The notes below the pieces were generated by a model. It saw only the letters and a list, made by a program, of their open reading frames with translations, was not told the origin of the DNA and searched no databases. Positions 15,879 to 24,431 of a stretch of DNA of 31,996 nucleotides are shown piece after piece (position 1 is the first letter of the stretch; each line of letters opens with the position of its first letter). The DNA lies in IMG/VR virus record IMGVR_UViG_3300020044_004718, positions 1 to 31,996 of that record; one strand, written 5' to 3'. The stretch comes from a virus (taxonomy: Duplodnaviria; Caudoviricetes). Both the position numbers and the translations under genes were made by a program.

Positions 15879-16519
15879 TGGCTGAAAATAAAAAATCATT
15901 CGTATTATATTCAGATAGTCAAGGGTTGGTTAACCAACTACCTGACGATGTTGCTGGTCGTTTATTTAAGCATATTTACGCTTATGTAAACGATGAAAAT
16001 CCAATAAGTGAAGAATTACTTTTAAACATTGCATTCGAACCTATTAAGATGCAATTAAAAAGAGATTTACAAAAGTGGGAAGCTCAAATAGAACAACGAC
16101 GTCAAGCTGGTTTAAGGAGTGCTGAAGTTCGTAAACGAAATTCAACGAGCGTTAACGAGCGTTCAATTTCGTCTACTGATAATGTAAATGTAAATGATAA
16201 TGTAAATGATAATGTAAATGTAAATGATAATACCAATAATATAACGGCTTTGCCTACTTTTAGTTTTTACCATTCATTAATTAAATCAGGTTGTAAAGAA
16301 AATTTAGTTTCTGATTGGTTAAAGGTTAGAAAAACAAAAAGATCAACTAATACTGAAACCGCATTTAAAAGATTTATAGTTGAGGTTGAAAAAAGTAAAC
16401 ACAATATAAACGATGTTTTAATTAAATGCATTGAGAATAGTTGGAGTGGTTTTAATTCCGATTGGTATAATAAAAATAATAAAACTATTGTTAAACCATT
16501 TTTTGATAGTCCAGCATAA
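15878..16519 (+). CDS. Putative replication initiator / replisome organiser (DUF6291-like N-terminus)
   Basis: KKSFVLY start, internal DNA repeats encoding NVNVND, W..VRK and NSWSGF C-terminal domain, upstream of the helicase. Confidence 0.7.
   Translation: MAENKKSFVLYSDSQGLVNQLPDDVAGRLFKHIYAYVNDENPISEELLLNIAFEPIKMQLKRDLQKWEAQIEQRRQAGLRSAEVRKRNSTSVNERSISSTDNVNVNDNVNDNVNVNDNTNNITALPTFSFYHSLIKSGCKENLVSDWLKVRKTKRSTNTETAFKRFIVEVEKSKHNINDVLIKCIENSWSGFNSDWYNKNNKTIVKPFFDSPA
16144..16231. repeat. Intragenic repeats, candidate replication origin
   Basis: AACGAGCGTT x2, then nine GATAAT/GTAAAT hexamers. Confidence 0.55.
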
Positions 16520-18315
16520 TGAAAAATATACACAATTGGTCTTTAATTGAAACTACAAAGGTTTCAGGGACTGCAAAAATAAAATGCCCTATTTGCACAC
16601 CAACCCGAAAAAACAAAACTGATAAATCATTGATGGTTTGGTTTAACAACGGTACTGCAAAATGCTTTAATGATTCGTGCAACGCTTTATTTTTTCGTGA
16701 AAGTATTGAAAAATCGGTAAAAGAAAATAACTATACTTTGCCCGTACAAAATTGGAAAAATTATACATCGCTTTCTGATGCGCTTGTTAAGCATTGCGAA
16801 AATGAACGTAAAATAAACCAATTTACATTGCAACACTTTGATGTTTCGGAAGAAAAATTTTATCAACCTGCGTTGCAAAAAGAAGTTAACAACATTGTTT
16901 TTAATTACTTTGAGGGTGAAACTTTGGTTAATAAAAAATACCGTTCAGGAAATAAAAAATTCACACAATCAAAAAATGGTAAACCAATTTTTTACAATAT
17001 CAATTCAATCATTGGCGAAAAGAGTTGCTACATCGTAGAGGGTGAATTTGATGTTTTGGCACTTTATGAAATCGGAATAAAAAATGTAATTTCAATTCCA
17101 AACGGAGCAAATGATAATGACAATTACTGGGTTAATTCTGAAAAATATTTATCTGAAATTGAAAAATTTTACATTGCTACTGATAATGACGAAAGCGGAA
17201 ACAACGTGGCAGAAAAGATAGCACAAAGATTAGGGCGTTACCGATGCGTAAGAATTCTATTTGAAAACAAAGATGCAAATGGTGATTTGATTGCAGGGAT
17301 TTTAAATGAAAGTATTTACAAAATTCAAAAATATCCAATTTCTGGAACTTTCACTTCTTTTGATTTACAAGATAAAATGATTAGTCTTTATGAAAATGGT
17401 TTACCAAGTTGTTTGGAGGTTAAAAATAAATCATTTGGTGACTTTAATAACATTTTCAAATTAATGTTAGGGCATCTTTGCGTTGGTACTGGAATACCAT
17501 CACACGGAAAATCAAATTTTACGGAATGGTTGGTTTTGAATTATCTTTTAGAAAACGATTTAAAAGCTAGTTTTTTTAGTCCTGAACACCAACCAATGGA
17601 ATTACATATGAGTAGTTTTTGCCAAAAAATTATTGGTAAAAATTATTTTTATGGTACAAATGAAAACCCAAAATGTTCACTAGATGAAATAAAACAATTC
17701 ATAGATTGGTCAAATGAAAAATTATATTTAACATCACCCGATGCTGGGGAGTTTGCAAATTGGGATTGGTTAATGAATAAATTTAAAGAACAACTTTTTA
17801 ACTTTGGAATTAATATTTTCGTTATTGATGCTTATAATAAAGTTGAACATACAGGAACAAGAACCGAAAGGGAAAATATATCAAAGGTTTTATCACGTCT
17901 AGCTTCATTTGCACAACAAAATAATGTTTTGATAATTTTGATTGCGCACCCTACAAAAATGAAAAAAGAAAATGGAGTTTATGAACAACCTACTTTATAC
18001 GATGTTTCAGGTAGTGCTGATTTTAGAAATCAAACTCACGACGGATTTTGTGTTTATCGAACGTTTGGGGCTGATGCTTATTCTCGATTTACCAATTTGA
18101 AAACAAAGTATAACTTTCAGGGTGAAATAGGCAAATCAGTTGATTACGATTATCATATTCCATCTGGGCGTTATTATTCAATTGGAACAAATCCACAAAC
18201 AAATAATTTATTGAAAAAGGAAATAGAATTTAAAGAAGAACAAAAACAAATTTTTGGAACTTTAACCGATGCTTTTGGCGAAATGTATAACGATAACGAA
18301 CAAGTACCATTTTGA
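16519..18315 (+). CDS. Bifunctional primase-helicase (T7 gp4/Twinkle-like)
   Basis: CPIC...C..C zinc finger, TOPRIM EGEFD and DND, Walker A GIPSHGKS, AHPTK, SGSADF. Confidence 0.9.
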   Translation: MKNIHNWSLIETTKVSGTAKIKCPICTPTRKNKTDKSLMVWFNNGTAKCFNDSCNALFFRESIEKSVKENNYTLPVQNWKNYTSLSDALVKHCENERKINQFTLQHFDVSEEKFYQPALQKEVNNIVFNYFEGETLVNKKYRSGNKKFTQSKNGKPIFYNINSIIGEKSCYIVEGEFDVLALYEIGIKNVISIPNGANDNDNYWVNSEKYLSEIEKFYIATDNDESGNNVAEKIAQRLGRYRCVRILFENKDANGDLIAGILNESIYKIQKYPISGTFTSFDLQDKMISLYENGLPSCLEVKNKSFGDFNNIFKLMLGHLCVGTGIPSHGKSNFTEWLVLNYLLENDLKASFFSPEHQPMELHMSSFCQKIIGKNYFYGTNENPKCSLDEIKQFIDWSNEKLYLTSPDAGEFANWDWLMNKFKEQLFNFGINIFVIDAYNKVEHTGTRTERENISKVLSRLASFAQQNNVLIILIAHPTKMKKENGVYEQPTLYDVSGSADFRNQTHDGFCVYRTFGADAYSRFTNLKTKYNFQGEIGKSVDYDYHIPSGRYYSIGTNPQTNNLLKKEIEFKEEQKQIFGTLTDAFGEMYNDNEQVPF

Positions 18316-18752
18316 TTATGAAAAAAATATCAATAACAACCGATGTAGTTAACGGAATGATTAAAAGAAACCGTAATTTAGTAACGGAAGCGATACAAAG
18401 TTTCGATGGGAAAACAATAATTTTGACAATTGAAAGGCAAACGAAAAAAAGGAGTAATAATCAAAACGCTTATTATCACGGTGTTTTAATACCAATATTA
18501 AAAAATTGTATTAAAGATACTTGGGCTGAAGTTTGGAGTTCGGAACGTTGCCACGATTTTTGCAAAATGCAATTTAATTTTAATGAAAAAATCAATGAAC
18601 AAACTGGCGAAATAATACGTTTGCCAAAATCAACAACCGAAAATACAACAACCGCCCAGGAGGAATATCACCACGAAATAAGAAACTTTATAAAAGAATG
18701 GTTTAACGTAGATTGCCCTCTGCCAAATGAAGAAATAACACTAAATTTATAG
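18312..18752 (+). CDS. NinB-like DNA-binding/recombination protein
   Basis: KRSNNQNAYYHG and KSTT..TT motifs. Confidence 0.55.
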   Translation: MIMKKISITTDVVNGMIKRNRNLVTEAIQSFDGKTIILTIERQTKKRSNNQNAYYHGVLIPILKNCIKDTWAEVWSSERCHDFCKMQFNFNEKINEQTGEIIRLPKSTTENTTTAQEEYHHEIRNFIKEWFNVDCPLPNEEITLNL

Positions 18753-18755
18753 AAT

Positions 18756-19181
18756 ATGAACAAATTATACATCGGCATCGACCCTGATACATCAAAGAAT
18801 GGCGTCGGGTATTGGTACAAGGAAAGCAAAAAACTAGAACTGGAAAACCTTACCTTTTTTGAGTTATTCGATGCATTAAAACAATTAAAAATACGTTATA
18901 ACATTACGGTTATAATTGATGCGGGTTGGCTCAACAAATCAAACTTTCACGTTGTAGGAACTAACAAAAATGTTAATGGTAAAATTGGGGAGCGTGTTGG
19001 AGCAAACCACGAGGTCGGTAAGAAAATAGCTGAAATGTGCGACTATTTAGGGGTTTCTTACCAATTACACCGACCAAGACGCTCAAAGGTAAACAAAGAA
19101 GTATTTGAACAAATAACAGGGTATAAAGGTAGAACAAATCAAGAAACTAGAGACGCAGGAATGTTGGTTTATAATTTGTAA
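18756..19181 (+). CDS. RuvC-like (RNase H fold) nuclease/resolvase
   Basis: YIGIDPD N-terminus and ETRDAGML C-terminus. Confidence 0.65.
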   Translation: MNKLYIGIDPDTSKNGVGYWYKESKKLELENLTFFELFDALKQLKIRYNITVIIDAGWLNKSNFHVVGTNKNVNGKIGERVGANHEVGKKIAEMCDYLGVSYQLHRPRRSKVNKEVFEQITGYKGRTNQETRDAGMLVYNL

Positions 19182-19183
19182 CT

Positions 19184-19420
19184 ATGAAAAAAATAAACAT
19201 CGACGGTTTTAAGTTAAACCTCAACTTTGAACCTCAACTATCAAAGAATGGCAAAGAAATAAGATTAAGCGGAATAGCAAAGAATTGTCAAATGCCTGAA
19301 AAGTGGATTGATAAAGGTTATAAAAATCATTGGATTTATACGTTTAGATACATTGGAACTGGAAAGTTTGTAAGTTATGAGTTTGATTATTATGGTAAGT
19401 TTGTAGGTATTGTTAAATAA
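19184..19420 (+). CDS. Hypothetical protein
   Basis: 78-aa ORF in the operon. Confidence 0.65.
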   Translation: MKKINIDGFKLNLNFEPQLSKNGKEIRLSGIAKNCQMPEKWIDKGYKNHWIYTFRYIGTGKFVSYEFDYYGKFVGIVK

Positions 19421-19425
19421 TTTTG

Positions 19426-19433
19426 TATATTTG
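19426..19433 (+). promoter_or_regulatory. Bacteroidota -7 promoter element TATATTTG
   Basis: TAnnTTTG upstream of a structured leader. Confidence 0.65.
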
Positions 19434-19438
19434 CATTA

Positions 19439-19517
19439 GTAGAGTCGTCGCTACATTAACAATATAATAAAATTCCACCATTGATAAAGACGACGACCTT
19501 TTGATATGGTGGTTTTT
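19439..19517 (+). ncRNA. Structured leader RNA C (two hairpins, complementary loops)
   Basis: Loop GTCGTCG (19444-19450) is complementary to loop CGACGAC (19491-19497); CCACCAT/ATGGTGG stem plus U tract. Confidence 0.65.
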
Positions 19518-19539
19518 ACGTTTATAACCAGTATTTATT

Positions 19540-19902
19540 ATGGAATTATTTTTTATTTTATTAGGATTGACAATTTTAGGAATTGCAGCATTTAAACAAA
19601 GTTCTAATTATATGGGTTTAGGTTCTACAATTGCTTTATTATCTTTTATTTGTTTGATTTTACATACATTAAATTGGTCGGTCGCAGGTTACAATTATAA
19701 TAAATTTGTAACAAAAAGAAAAGCATTTGTAGAAACATTAGAATATGCTAGAAAAAATGAAAGTAAATTTGAATTAGCTTCAATTACTCGTGAAGTTTCA
19801 GAATGGAATCAACAATTAGCATCTTTAAAATATGACAATAATGTTTTTCTTTTAAAAGATTATGTTGATGATAGGATTTTATCTTTAGAACCGATACGCT
19901 AA
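19540..19902 (+). CDS. Membrane protein (two N-terminal TM helices)
   Basis: Hydrophobic residues about 1-18 and 25-45. Confidence 0.7.
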   Translation: MELFFILLGLTILGIAAFKQSSNYMGLGSTIALLSFICLILHTLNWSVAGYNYNKFVTKRKAFVETLEYARKNESKFELASITREVSEWNQQLASLKYDNNVFLLKDYVDDRILSLEPIR

Positions 19903-19930
19903 TATTGTGTTAGAAAAGAATTAAAAGCAT

Positions 19931-20158
19931 TTGCAAAAACTTTACAATATGGAGAAAATATTAATAGAATTTCAGATTTACCTTAACGACAATGGACTAA
20001 TTAATAATCACGATTGGGGATTTGAAAAAGAGGCTAAAAAGTTTATAAAACAGAGACTTGTTAAACCTAAAAAATGTAAATGCAGAAAAGCAACTTTTAC
20101 TAGAATTGTTGATGCTGATTTTAATTGTCTTTGTGGTAAATGTGGTCATCCGATATAG
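19931..20158 (+). CDS. Small Zn-ribbon protein (start may be the internal ATG)
   Basis: CKC...CLCGKCGH. Confidence 0.6.
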   Translation: MQKLYNMEKILIEFQIYLNDNGLINNHDWGFEKEAKKFIKQRLVKPKKCKCRKATFTRIVDADFNCLCGKCGHPI

Positions 20159-20191
20159 TTCGGTTAAAGTTATGTTAAAATTATGAATATG

Positions 20192-20222
20192 TTTGCAGAT
20201 ATAAAACATTGTTGTATATTTG
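20192..20222 (+). promoter_or_regulatory. Bacteroidota sigma-A promoter
   Basis: TTTG-N19-TATATTTG. Confidence 0.75.
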
Positions 20223-20253
20223 TACTCAGATAACAACAAATAAAACAAATATT

Positions 20254-20343
20254 ATGAAATACTTTTTACAACACAAGAAACCGCAAATGAGATTTGCATT
20301 TATTATTTTAATTTATTTTATAACACAATTAGCACGAATATAA
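20254..20343 (+). CDS. 29-aa hydrophobic peptide
   Basis: MKYFLQHKKPQMRFAFIILIYFITQLARI; first ORF after the promoter, TAATG-coupled to the next ORF. Confidence 0.5.
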   Translation: MKYFLQHKKPQMRFAFIILIYFITQLARI

Positions 20344-20501
20344 TGGCACAGATTTTAAAACCAAACCGCCTTGATAATAGGGGAGGTTCTCCTAATTGTG
20401 GGCGTAAAAAATTAGGTAATATACTTTATCAAAGGCGAATACCTCCTCTACTTGTTGAAAAAATGGATGAATATTTAAAAAAATTAAAGCTAACATATTG
20501 A
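20343..20501 (+). CDS. Small basic putative DNA-binding protein (52 aa)
   Basis: RGG..GRKK followed by RIP..LVEKM, RHH-like. Confidence 0.5.
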   Translation: MAQILKPNRLDNRGGSPNCGRKKLGNILYQRRIPPLLVEKMDEYLKKLKLTY

Positions 20502-20540
20502 AAAAAAATAACATATATTAAAAATTATTATTACATTTGT

Positions 20541-20762
20541 ATGAAAACAAATCAAAAAAAACACGAATCAAAGGCTAAAAGATTACAGCAAAAGATGAAT
20601 GTTTTGCAACAACAAAACCCAGATATTGATTTTTTTGACGGTCATTTATTATCTGTAATAGACGAACATCGAAAATTAGTAAAAGAATTAGTCTATGCTA
20701 TGACCGATGCAACTGGTTGCGAAGAACAAAAATTTAAATGCTCAAATTGTATATGTAGATGA
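20541..20762 (+). CDS. Hypothetical protein
   Basis: 73 aa with a Cys-rich C-terminus. Confidence 0.55.
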   Translation: MKTNQKKHESKAKRLQQKMNVLQQQNPDIDFFDGHLLSVIDEHRKLVKELVYAMTDATGCEEQKFKCSNCICR

Positions 20763-21025
20763 AAAAAATATTATTATTAATAGTTGCAAGTTTTATACTT
20801 GCTTGTTCAAAAGATGAAGTTCAATCAGCAAAAGCAACTCAAGATTGCAATTGCGATAGAATTGTAGAGGTATCAACTTTCAATATAGTTGGTACTACTT
20901 CTACCCCAACAATAAGTTATTATTCAATAATAACTACTATTAACGATTGTACAAGGGTGCAGAAGAATAAAAACAATACAACAACTTTTTTTGAACAAAT
21001 ACCAAAAGTAGGAGATTGCAAATAA
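20759..21025 (+). CDS. Lipoprotein
   Basis: MKKILLLIVASFILA-CSKD signal peptidase II pattern. Confidence 0.75.
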   Translation: MKKILLLIVASFILACSKDEVQSAKATQDCNCDRIVEVSTFNIVGTTSTPTISYYSIITTINDCTRVQKNKNNTTTFFEQIPKVGDCK

Positions 21026-21035
21026 AGTTGATTTT

Positions 21036-21527
21036 ATGTTAGATAGATTATATAAACATCATAAAGAATGGCTTGCAATGGCTAAACTATTTGACAGTTC
21101 CAATGCAGAGGATATAGTTCAAGATGCTTATATAAAAATATCAATGTACGCAACAGAAGATAAATGTTTTATAAATGGTAAACCAAACAAAAACTATCTA
21201 TTTATTGTAATAAGAAATACTTATCTATCTCTTTATAAAAACAAATTTGTAGTTTTTGATTTTATAGATACGCCTATTGAAGATGATTTTTCAGAATCAA
21301 CTGAAATAGATTGGTATCGTTTCAGAACATTATGCGAAGCAGAAGTAAATAGCTGGGATGCTTACGACAAAAAACTATTTACGCTTTATCGTGATAGTGA
21401 TATGTCAATGAGGAAATTAGCAAAAGAAACTGGTATAAGTTTTGTATCTATATTTCATTCGTTAAAAGCACACAAGAAAAAGTTAAGAGAATTATTTCAA
21501 GAAGATTATAACAATTTAGAATTATAA
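21036..21527 (+). CDS. ECF-type sigma-70 family factor (putative late transcription)
   Basis: AEDIVQDAYIK region 2 and MSMRKLAKETGISFVSI region-4 HTH; 163 aa. Confidence 0.8.
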   Translation: MLDRLYKHHKEWLAMAKLFDSSNAEDIVQDAYIKISMYATEDKCFINGKPNKNYLFIVIRNTYLSLYKNKFVVFDFIDTPIEDDFSESTEIDWYRFRTLCEAEVNSWDAYDKKLFTLYRDSDMSMRKLAKETGISFVSIFHSLKAHKKKLRELFQEDYNNLEL

Positions 21528-21530
21528 ATT

Positions 21531-21899
21531 ATGGCACGACCTAAAAAATCAAAAGGAATTGGCGATACTTTAGAGAAAGTAACAAAAGCCACAGGAATAA
21601 AAGCAGTAGTAGATAAAATATCTGAAGTAACAGGTATAGACTGCGGATGTGAAGAAAGAAAAGAAAAGTTAAATAAACTTTGGACTTATAAAAAAGTAGA
21701 ATGTATTAATGATACCGATATGGAGTATCTTAACGACTTCTTTAAGGTAGAACATTACCAAATTACAATCATTCAGCAAACCAAACTAAAAGCTATCTAT
21801 AAAAACATATTCGGAGTTGCTTTGGAAGATACAAGCTGTGCAGATTGTTGGCGTGATTACATCGGACAGATTAAACAAGTATATGATTTAAGCGTATAA
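21531..21899 (+). CDS. Cys-containing hypothetical protein
   Basis: GIGDTLEKVT..TGIK, DCGCEERKEKLN, SCADC. Confidence 0.7.
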   Translation: MARPKKSKGIGDTLEKVTKATGIKAVVDKISEVTGIDCGCEERKEKLNKLWTYKKVECINDTDMEYLNDFFKVEHYQITIIQQTKLKAIYKNIFGVALEDTSCADCWRDYIGQIKQVYDLSV

Positions 21900-21924
21900 T
21901 CAATAATGAATACTTTTTTGATTT

Positions 21925-22215
21925 ATGGAAGATAAAAGAAAATACAACGGAGGTAACAAAACTGCGGGTCGTAAACCAAAAGTAGAAGAAGAAAAAGTAA
22001 ACAATCTTTTTGTAAACGCTTTAAAGGAATTATATAAAACTGAAACAGATGACGCGGCTAAAATACTTTTCATTAAAGATAAGTTATTAGATAGCCAAAG
22101 AGGTCAGATATTTATTGCAGAGCATATATTCGGCAAACCAAAAGAAACAGTTGAAACTACGCACAACATTAATAATTTTGATATAAAAGATATATTTAAA
22201 ATTGGAAAAGAATAA
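21925..22215 (+). CDS. Putative terminase small subunit
   Basis: NGG..AGRKPK N-terminus, FGKPKE, directly upstream of terL. Confidence 0.55.
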   Translation: MEDKRKYNGGNKTAGRKPKVEEEKVNNLFVNALKELYKTETDDAAKILFIKDKLLDSQRGQIFIAEHIFGKPKETVETTHNINNFDIKDIFKIGKE

Positions 22216-22278
22216 GTTACAAAACAATCCTTTATTTTGTTTTATAATTGGATGTATGTTTTATTATATAATTTTTAG

Positions 22279-23490
22279 ATGCTTAACAAAATAACACTAA
22301 ATAAAAAATGGAATGCCTTGGGTTCAGACTCGAGGTATTTTGTTTGTACTGGTGGGCGTGGTAGTTCTAAATCTTACTCCCTTAATTCATTTTTATTACT
22401 TCTTACTTATGAAGTAGGCCACGTAATATTATTTACACGTTATACACTTACTTCGGCACACATTTCAATTATACCTGAATTTATTGATAAGATTGAAACA
22501 GCCAATTTAAACAACGATTTTTCTATAACTAAAGACGAAATCATAAATTTAAAAACAGGCTCTAAAATCTTATTTAAAGGCATTAAAACAAGCAGCGGAA
22601 CTCAAACCGCTAACTTAAAATCATTAGCAGGTGTAACAACGTGGGTATTAGATGAAGCAGAAGAATTAAACGATGAAGATACTTTTGATAAGATAGACTT
22701 TTCAATTCGTGCTAAAGAAGTGCAGAATAGAGTTATATTAGTTTTAAACCCTGCAACAAAAGAGCATTTCATTTATAAAAGGTTCTACGAAAGTAAAGGG
22801 GTTGCTGATGGTAGTAATTTAGTTAAAGGAGATACAACATACATACATACAACTTACGAGGATAACATAAAAAATCTTTCACAATCTTTTATACTTCAAA
22901 TTGAAGATATGAAAGTAAGAAGACCTCAAAAGTATAAGCATCAAATATTGGGCGGTTGGTTAGATAAAGCAGAGGGCGTTGTGTTTAATAATTGGAGATT
23001 TGGAGAATTTAACCCTAACAATTTACCTACTTCATTTGGTTTAGATTTTGGATTTAGCATAGACCCTGATACTTTGATAGAAGTAGCTATTGACAAAGAC
23101 CATAAACGAATATACGTTAAAGAGCATTTGTATCAGAATGGTTTACGAATGGAAGATTTAGCAAAGATATGTTTAGACAAAGCAACCAATAAACTAATTA
23201 TCGCGGATAGTGCAGAGCAAAGACTTATAAGCGATTTAGCACACAAAGGTTTAAACATCGAACCAATTAAAAAAGGTACTATTGAAAGCGGTGTTACTTT
23301 AATGCTTGACTTCGATATAATAGTTGATACAGATAGCAGTAACATAGCAAAGGAATTTAATAACTACGCATATCTGAATAAAGGTAGTAAACTTTATATC
23401 GATGATTTTAACCACGCTATAGATGCAATCCGTTATAACGTTACATATCATTTAGACAATCCAAACAAAGGAAACTATTATGTCTACTAA
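22279..23490 (+). CDS. terL: Terminase large subunit (PBSX/SPP1-like)
   Basis: GGRGSSKS Walker A, WVLDEAEE Walker B, LNP, GLDFGF..DP, NHAIDAIRY. Confidence 0.93.
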   Translation: MLNKITLNKKWNALGSDSRYFVCTGGRGSSKSYSLNSFLLLLTYEVGHVILFTRYTLTSAHISIIPEFIDKIETANLNNDFSITKDEIINLKTGSKILFKGIKTSSGTQTANLKSLAGVTTWVLDEAEELNDEDTFDKIDFSIRAKEVQNRVILVLNPATKEHFIYKRFYESKGVADGSNLVKGDTTYIHTTYEDNIKNLSQSFILQIEDMKVRRPQKYKHQILGGWLDKAEGVVFNNWRFGEFNPNNLPTSFGLDFGFSIDPDTLIEVAIDKDHKRIYVKEHLYQNGLRMEDLAKICLDKATNKLIIADSAEQRLISDLAHKGLNIEPIKKGTIESGVTLMLDFDIIVDTDSSNIAKEFNNYAYLNKGSKLYIDDFNHAIDAIRYNVTYHLDNPNKGNYYVY

Positions 23491-23635
23491 CCCTACATAC
23501 GGTGATATGATTTATATGGTAGAAGTACACATATTAAAAAAGACAGGCAAACACGTTAAAATTAATATGCCACGAAACGTAGGAGAAATAAAAAAATTAG
23601 TACACGCATACAAATTAGCAACTAATCAAACATAG
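23480..23635 (+). CDS. Hypothetical protein (51 aa)
   Basis: Read by hand (MSTNPTYGDMIYMVEVHI...); overlaps the terL stop. Confidence 0.5.
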   Translation: MSTNPTYGDMIYMVEVHILKKTGKHVKINMPRNVGEIKKLVHAYKLATNQT

Positions 23636-23651
23636 TTGCTTTTTACTTTAT

Positions 23652-23683
23652 ACAAAAAACCAACTTTAATGTTTTTAAATAAA
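23652..23683 (+). promoter_or_regulatory. Candidate late promoter, copy 3
   Basis: ACAA-N14-TGTTTTTAAATAAA ending 5 nt before the ATG at 23689. Confidence 0.7.
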
Positions 23684-23688
23684 AGACT

Positions 23689-24336
23689 ATGAAAATAGAT
23701 ATTAATATTCCAGAAAGCCTTAGCGAAATTACACTTAATCAATATCAAAAGTTTGAAAAATTGGTTAAGGATAACCAAGCTAGTGAGTTCGTAAATCAAA
23801 AGACTATTGAAATCTTTTGCGACATACAATTAAAAGATGTAGCTCGCATTCGTTTAGCAGATACAGAAGATATACTTAAACACTTAAACAATCTATTGAA
23901 TCAAAAGCAAAAACTAATACCTACTTTTAAAATGGGTACGGTTGAGTTTGGTTTTATTCCGAAGTTAGAAGATATGACTTCAGGCGAGTATATAGATTTA
24001 GAAGGTTATCTTTCAGACACACAAACGCTTCATAAGGCTATGGCTATTTTATACAGACCTATTACAAGCAAAGTAAAAGATAAGTACACTATTGAAGAAT
24101 ACGAAAGTTCTGAAAAGTACAGCGAGTATTTAAAGTATATGCCTTTAGATGTTGCGTTAGGTTGTATGGTTTTTTTTTCGACTTTGCACAACGAATGCGT
24201 GAAAGGTTTGATGGACTTTATACAGAACGAAGTGGAGCACTCGGAAACAGCGAAGCAAATTTTGGCAGAAAATGGGGTTGGTATCAATCAGTTTACGCAG
24301 CAGCTCAAGGGGATATACTCAGATTTAACGCTGTAA
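23689..24336 (+). CDS. Putative tail assembly chaperone (gpG-like)
   Basis: Contains a T TTT TTT slippery site leading into an open -1 frame. Confidence 0.55.
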   Translation: MKIDINIPESLSEITLNQYQKFEKLVKDNQASEFVNQKTIEIFCDIQLKDVARIRLADTEDILKHLNNLLNQKQKLIPTFKMGTVEFGFIPKLEDMTSGEYIDLEGYLSDTQTLHKAMAILYRPITSKVKDKYTIEEYESSEKYSEYLKYMPLDVALGCMVFFSTLHNECVKGLMDFIQNEVEHSETAKQILAENGVGINQFTQQLKGIYSDLTL

Positions 24337-24431
24337 CTAAATTGCCAATTACTCAATTTATGACTTGGCTAACTTTTGAAAAAGAAAAAACAGAAATAGA
24401 AATTAAAAACATTAGAAAAAATGGTGTATAG
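24171..24431 (+). CDS. -1 frameshift extension (gpGT-like)
   Basis: Open -1 frame from the T9 run (FGRKWGWYQSVY...LTFEKEK); only a TTG start of its own upstream; couples to 24421. Confidence 0.6.
   Translation, partial: FFFDFAQRMRERFDGLYTERSGALGNSEANFGRKWGWYQSVYAAAQGDILRFNAVTKLPITQFMTWLTFEKEKTEIEIKNIRKNGV

Noticed and set aside
22219-22247. Fifth late promoter before terL (ACAA...TGTTTATAAT)
   Set aside because: Spacing is off by one and the downstream element is degenerate; possible but not supportable.
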